Part shown: piece by piece, positions 60,094-64,000 of the stretch
How positions within the stretch are numbered: position 1 is the first letter of the stretch
How the letters are laid out: every line of letters begins with the position of its first letter
IMG/VR virus record: IMGVR_UViG_3300047381_001220
Length of the DNA: 64,000 nt
DNA from: an uncultured virus (IMG/VR IMGVR_UViG_3300047381_001220)
Taxonomy: Duplodnaviria; Heunggongvirae; Uroviricota; Caudoviricetes
Reading direction: 5' to 3' (one strand)
Position numbers and translations under genes: made by a program
Notes under the pieces: generated by a model
Told to the model about the DNA's origin: nothing
Seen by the model: only the letters and a program-made list of their open reading frames with translations
The model's database searches: none

Positions 60094-60658
60094 CAAATTT
60101 ATATCAACTGATTATTTAAATCAATCTGCGTTTGAAGCAAAGTATAATAGAAAAGCATATGCTTTTTGGTTGGTTGGTAATAGTGGAAGTGGAAAAAGCA
60201 CTCTTGCAAAAGAAGTAGAAAAAAAACTTTTTGATGTCAATATTAAGGTAAAATGTTTAGACGGAGATAATATGAGAAACACTATCAATTCAGATTTAGA
60301 TTTATCAATTGAATCTAGAAATGAAAATATAAGAAGAAGTGCGGAAATTTCCAAAATGTTTTTAGAAACTGGCATTAGTACATTAAATTGTTTTATTTCA
60401 CCACTTGAAATATATCGTGAGCAAGCAAAGAAAATAATTGGAAATCGTTTTCGTTTAATTTATATAAAAGCATCTAATGATGAAGTAAAAAAACGAGATG
60501 TTAAAGGATTTTACAAAAATGATGCAGATGCAATGAATAAGTCACTTAATATGTTTGAAAAACCAATTAATCCAGACTTGATAATTGATACCACAAATAA
60601 ATCAATAAAATATTCCGCAAACATTTTGTATAATTTTGTATTAAATCAACCAATCTAA
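60080..60658 (+). CDS. cysC: Adenylyl-sulfate (APS) kinase
   Basis: GNSGSGKST, LDGDNMR, R.ENIRR, FISP, RDVKGFY, PDL.IDT. Confidence 0.88.
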   Translation: MNQTNKFISTDYLNQSAFEAKYNRKAYAFWLVGNSGSGKSTLAKEVEKKLFDVNIKVKCLDGDNMRNTINSDLDLSIESRNENIRRSAEISKMFLETGISTLNCFISPLEIYREQAKKIIGNRFRLIYIKASNDEVKKRDVKGFYKNDADAMNKSLNMFEKPINPDLIIDTTNKSIKYSANILYNFVLNQPI

Positions 60659-60666
60659 ATATTTAT
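60659..60666 (+). promoter_or_regulatory. ATATTTAT putative phage promoter element
   Basis: 7 nt before ATG 60674. Confidence 0.55.
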
Positions 60667-60673
60667 AAATGAG

Positions 60674-61579
60674 ATGAAAAAATGTAACTTAACACACCTA
60701 GAGGAACTTGAAGCAGAAAGCATTCATGTATTAAGAGAAACGGCTGCTCAGTTTTCAAGTTCAACATTGCTTTTTAGTGGTGGTAAAGATAGTTTAGTCT
60801 GTCTTCACCTAATTGCAAAAGCATTTTATCCTGCCAACTCACCCTTTGTTGCTCTGCACGTTGATACAGGTCACAATTTTCCGGAGGTAATGGAATTTCG
60901 TGACAAAGTGTTAAAGCAATACAATATGAAGTTATTTGATCGCAAAGTAGAAGATGCGATTAAAGAGGGACTTGTTCATGATGAAACTGGTGTTGGGGCA
61001 ACACGCAATGAACTTCAAATACCTGTGCTTCTTGATGCAATTGAACATCATAAATTTGATGTTTGTATTGGTGGAGCAAGACGTGACGAAGAAAAAGCAA
61101 GAGCAAAAGAACGTTTCTTTTCTCATCGTGATGATTTCGGTCAATGGGACCCAAAAAATCAACGACCAGAAATTTGGGATTTATACAACGGAAAGAAAAA
61201 CCAAGGAGAGCATTTCCGAGTGTTTCCAATAAGTAATTGGACAGAACTTGATGTTTGGACTTATTTAAAAATGGAAAACATTCCCTTGCCATCACTTTAC
61301 TTTTCACATAAAAGAAAATGTTATCAACGTGACGGAGTTTGGTATGGTCACGCAGATTATGTGCAGTTAAAGGAAGGTGAACGTTTAAAAGAAAAAGTAG
61401 TTCGTTTTCGTTCAATCGGAGATGTTACTTGCACAGGTGCTTGTGAAAGTAAAGCAGATAACATTGATGATATTATTGCGGAAGTAGCAAGTGCTACTAC
61501 AACAGAAAGAGGAACAAGAGGAGACGATAAGAAATCTGAAACAAGTATGGAAGACCGCAAGCAACAAGGATATTTCTAA
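60674..61579 (+). CDS. cysD: Sulfate adenylyltransferase subunit 2
   Basis: LEAESIH, FSGGKDS, HVDTG, GGARRDEEKARAKER, WDPKNQRPE, RVFPISNWTE, MEDRK..GYF. Confidence 0.97.
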   Translation: MKKCNLTHLEELEAESIHVLRETAAQFSSSTLLFSGGKDSLVCLHLIAKAFYPANSPFVALHVDTGHNFPEVMEFRDKVLKQYNMKLFDRKVEDAIKEGLVHDETGVGATRNELQIPVLLDAIEHHKFDVCIGGARRDEEKARAKERFFSHRDDFGQWDPKNQRPEIWDLYNGKKNQGEHFRVFPISNWTELDVWTYLKMENIPLPSLYFSHKRKCYQRDGVWYGHADYVQLKEGERLKEKVVRFRSIGDVTCTGACESKADNIDDIIAEVASATTTERGTRGDDKKSETSMEDRKQQGYF

Positions 61580-61580
61580 A

Positions 61581-62906
61581 ATGGGTGATAATAAAAATAA
61601 TAAAAAGAAGTCTGATAAAACAAAATCAGATAATAAACCAAACGTAAATAAATTACAGAATAATGAACTTCTTCGTCTTTCTACTGCTGGTAGTGTAGAT
61701 GATGGTAAAAGCACTTTAATTGGTCGTTTGCTTTATGATACAAAAAGTGTTATGAAAGATCAATACGAAGCAGTTCGTGCTACAAGTAAAAAGAAAGGTG
61801 AAGATGATGTAAATCTTGCGTATCTTACAGATGGTCTTAAAAGTGAACGTGAACAAGGAATTACAATTGATGTAGCATATCGTTATTTTAATACTGCAAA
61901 TCGTAAGTTCATTATTTCAGATACACCTGGTCATGTTCAATATACTCGTAACATGGTAACGGGTGCAAGTAAAAGTAATGTCGCAATTATTTTAGTGGAT
62001 GCACGAAACGGAATTTCAGAACAAACACGAAGACATTCGTTTATTGCAAGTTTATTGAAAATACCTCATGTTATTTATGCAGTAAATAAAATGGACTTGA
62101 TAGATTATGATCAAGAAAAGTTTAATAAAATAAAACAAGATTTAAAGAAATTTAGTGCAAAACTTCGTTGCAATGATATTCGTTTTATTCCTATATCAGC
62201 ATTGAAAGGTGATAATGTTACAACCAAATCACAAAAAACAAAATGGTACAAAGGTGGTCATTTGCTTGGTATGCTTGAAAACATTGAAATCTTCTCAGAC
62301 AACAATTTAGTGGACGCACGATTTGATATTCAAACTGTGATTCGTCCTCATAGTGATGAATGGCATGACTTTCGTGGATATGCAGGTAAAATCATAAGTG
62401 GTCGTTTTGAGAAAGGACAAAAAGTTCAAGTGCTTCCTAGTGGATTTGAAACTCGTATCAAAGATATGCGTGTATATAAAGATTTAGTGGATGAAGCCTG
62501 CACTCCTGCAAGTATTGTAATGCAACTTGAAGATGATATAGATGCAGGACGAGGTGATATGATTGCACGGATTGATAATCTACCAAAGGTATCTCAGAAA
62601 TTTGATGCAATGATTTGTTGGATGTCTGACGATGTTATGCTTCCTCGTAAAAAATATTTACTTAAACACGGAAGTAACGAAGTAACTGCAATGATTACAA
62701 AAAAAGTTTATACATTAGATGTCAATACTTTCAGTAAAGCAGAAGATCAAAGTTTGCAAATCGGTCTGAATGACATAGCAAGAATAAGTATTAAAACAAG
62801 TAAACCATTAAACTTTGATGACTTTGAAAGCAATCGTGCGAATGGAAGTTTCATTTTAATTGATACACAAACAAATGAAACGATTGCGGCCGGAATGATT
62901 AAGTGA
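61581..62906 (+). CDS. cysN: Sulfate adenylyltransferase subunit 1 (GTPase)
   Basis: TAGSVDDGKSTLIGRLL, EREQGITIDVAYRYF, DTPGHVQYTRNM, NKMD; ATG 61581. Confidence 0.97.
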   Translation: MGDNKNNKKKSDKTKSDNKPNVNKLQNNELLRLSTAGSVDDGKSTLIGRLLYDTKSVMKDQYEAVRATSKKKGEDDVNLAYLTDGLKSEREQGITIDVAYRYFNTANRKFIISDTPGHVQYTRNMVTGASKSNVAIILVDARNGISEQTRRHSFIASLLKIPHVIYAVNKMDLIDYDQEKFNKIKQDLKKFSAKLRCNDIRFIPISALKGDNVTTKSQKTKWYKGGHLLGMLENIEIFSDNNLVDARFDIQTVIRPHSDEWHDFRGYAGKIISGRFEKGQKVQVLPSGFETRIKDMRVYKDLVDEACTPASIVMQLEDDIDAGRGDMIARIDNLPKVSQKFDAMICWMSDDVMLPRKKYLLKHGSNEVTAMITKKVYTLDVNTFSKAEDQSLQIGLNDIARISIKTSKPLNFDDFESNRANGSFILIDTQTNETIAAGMIK

Positions 62907-63910
62907 ATACTATTATAGTTACGGGAGGTTTGGGATACATCGGTAGTCATACCGTTGTAGAATTGCTAAACGAAGGATATGAAGTAGTTGTAATTGATAA
63001 TTTGTCAAATTCTTCGGAGGATGTTATTGATGGTATTCGTGCAATCACGAAAAAAGGTGTCCACTTTTTTAATGTGGACATTCGTGATTATGATGAATTA
63101 GAAAAAGCATTTGGTTATTATCAACAAGACATAAAAGCAGTTGTGCATTTCGCTGCGTGTAAAAGTGTTGGTGAAAGTATGAAAGAACCAAGCAAATACT
63201 ACGACAACAATGTTGCGGGTACAAACAATTTGCTTATGGTGATGAAATACTATAACATCAAGAATTTGATATTCAGTAGCAGTTGTACCGTTTATGGTCA
63301 AGCAGACGAACTTCCTATTACAGAGAAAACTCCGCAAAAACCTGCGGAAAGTGTTTATGGTCGTACCAAACAAATATGTGAACAAATGATAACTGATTTT
63401 CATATTGAACACGATTTTAATTCAACATTGCTTCGTTATTTTAATCCAATAGGATCACACGAAAGTGCATTAATTGGAGAACTACCAAACGGAGTACCTG
63501 ATAATTTAATTCCGTATGTTACGCAAACTGCAATTGGTAAACGAAAAGAACTTACTGTATTTGGAACAGATTATGATACACCAGATGGAACTTGTATTCG
63601 TGATTATATCCACGTAGTAGATTTAGCAAAAGCACACGTTAAAGCAATTGTGGTATGCAACGAGAAAAAATTTAATGCCATTCCAATAAATTTGGGAACA
63701 GGTAATGGATACTCAGTAAAAGAGGTTCTTGATACGTTTCAAAAAGAAAATGATATAGAACTTAACATAAAATACGGAAAACGAAGAGAAGGTGACATTA
63801 CAAGTGCATATGCAGATGCTTCTCTTGCATACGAATTATTACAATGGAAGGCAGAATTAGGTTTAATTGAAATGGTGAAATCTGCTTGGGAGTGGGAGCA
63901 AAAATTATAA
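62903..63910 (+). CDS. galE: UDP-glucose 4-epimerase
   Basis: TGGLGYIGSHT, HFAA.KSVGES, YGRTK, LRYFNPIG, PDGTCIRDYIHV, NLGTG. Confidence 0.95.
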   Translation: MNTIIVTGGLGYIGSHTVVELLNEGYEVVVIDNLSNSSEDVIDGIRAITKKGVHFFNVDIRDYDELEKAFGYYQQDIKAVVHFAACKSVGESMKEPSKYYDNNVAGTNNLLMVMKYYNIKNLIFSSSCTVYGQADELPITEKTPQKPAESVYGRTKQICEQMITDFHIEHDFNSTLLRYFNPIGSHESALIGELPNGVPDNLIPYVTQTAIGKRKELTVFGTDYDTPDGTCIRDYIHVVDLAKAHVKAIVVCNEKKFNAIPINLGTGNGYSVKEVLDTFQKENDIELNIKYGKRREGDITSAYADASLAYELLQWKAELGLIEMVKSAWEWEQKL

Positions 63911-63925
63911 AAACTAATATTTATA
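63906..63925 (+). promoter_or_regulatory. Extended promoter-like element TATAAAAACTAATATTTATA
   Basis: Identical to 8861-8880. Confidence 0.6.
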
Positions 63926-63961
63926 AGAAAAGACTTTATTAATTAATGGGAGAAAATCAAA

Positions 63962-64000
63962 ATGATTACAAGTGAAGGTGATGCAGTAGTATCTTTTAAG
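63962..64000 (+). CDS. Start of an ORF running off the window (MITSEGDAVVSFK...)
   Basis: GGAG RBS upstream; open to window end. Confidence 0.4.
   Translation, partial: MITSEGDAVVSFK

Noticed and set aside
324..63412. Minus-strand and nested alternative-frame ORFs in the track (e.g. 57240..57947, 21769..22230, 47361..47801, 55717..56553)
   Set aside because: They overlap well-supported + strand genes, mostly entirely, and show no recognisable motifs; treated as shadow ORFs
1..64000. Eukaryotic giant virus (NCLDV) origin
   Set aside because: GTG/TTG starts, overlapping coupled genes, Shine-Dalgarno sites, an intrinsic terminator and an S74 tail fibre indicate a prokaryotic virus
1..64000. 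Stop-codon reassignment
   Set aside because: TAA, TAG and TGA all end genes at expected family lengths and coding density is high under the standard code
1..64000. tRNA, rRNA or structured ncRNA genes
   Set aside because: Intergenic gaps are short and AT-rich; no cloverleaf or conserved RNA motifs recognised by eye

Overview
AT-rich window in which every credible gene lies on the + strand, tightly packed with frequent ATGA/GTGA/TAATG overlaps. A phage-type Holliday junction resolvase, a dNMP kinase, a 1663-aa collagen/LamG tail fibre with an S74 chaperone and a recurring ATATTTAT motif just before start codons point to a large (jumbo-type) tailed phage rather than a bacterial chromosome. About 51 kb is one glycan-building island: roughly 30 soluble glycosyltransferase-like genes (8 fucosyltransferase-like), 13 sulfotransferases, 2 pyruvyl-, 2 methyl- and 1 acetyltransferase, and nucleotide-sugar enzymes (rmlA, rmlB, an RmlD/NRS-ER-type enzyme, glf). 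The window also carries galE and its own donor supply (metK for SAM; cysC/cysD/cysN for PAPS), but no polymerase, flippase or exporter. The island shows active remodelling: a near-identical tandem gene pair differing in one ~50-bp loop, genes bracketed by duplicated neighbour ends, and gene fragments. A window-wide oligonucleotide signature (RGCB depleted; GCNGC seen only where it overlaps RGCB) suggests methylation-based anti-restriction. All calls come from motif recognition by eye; no searches were run.
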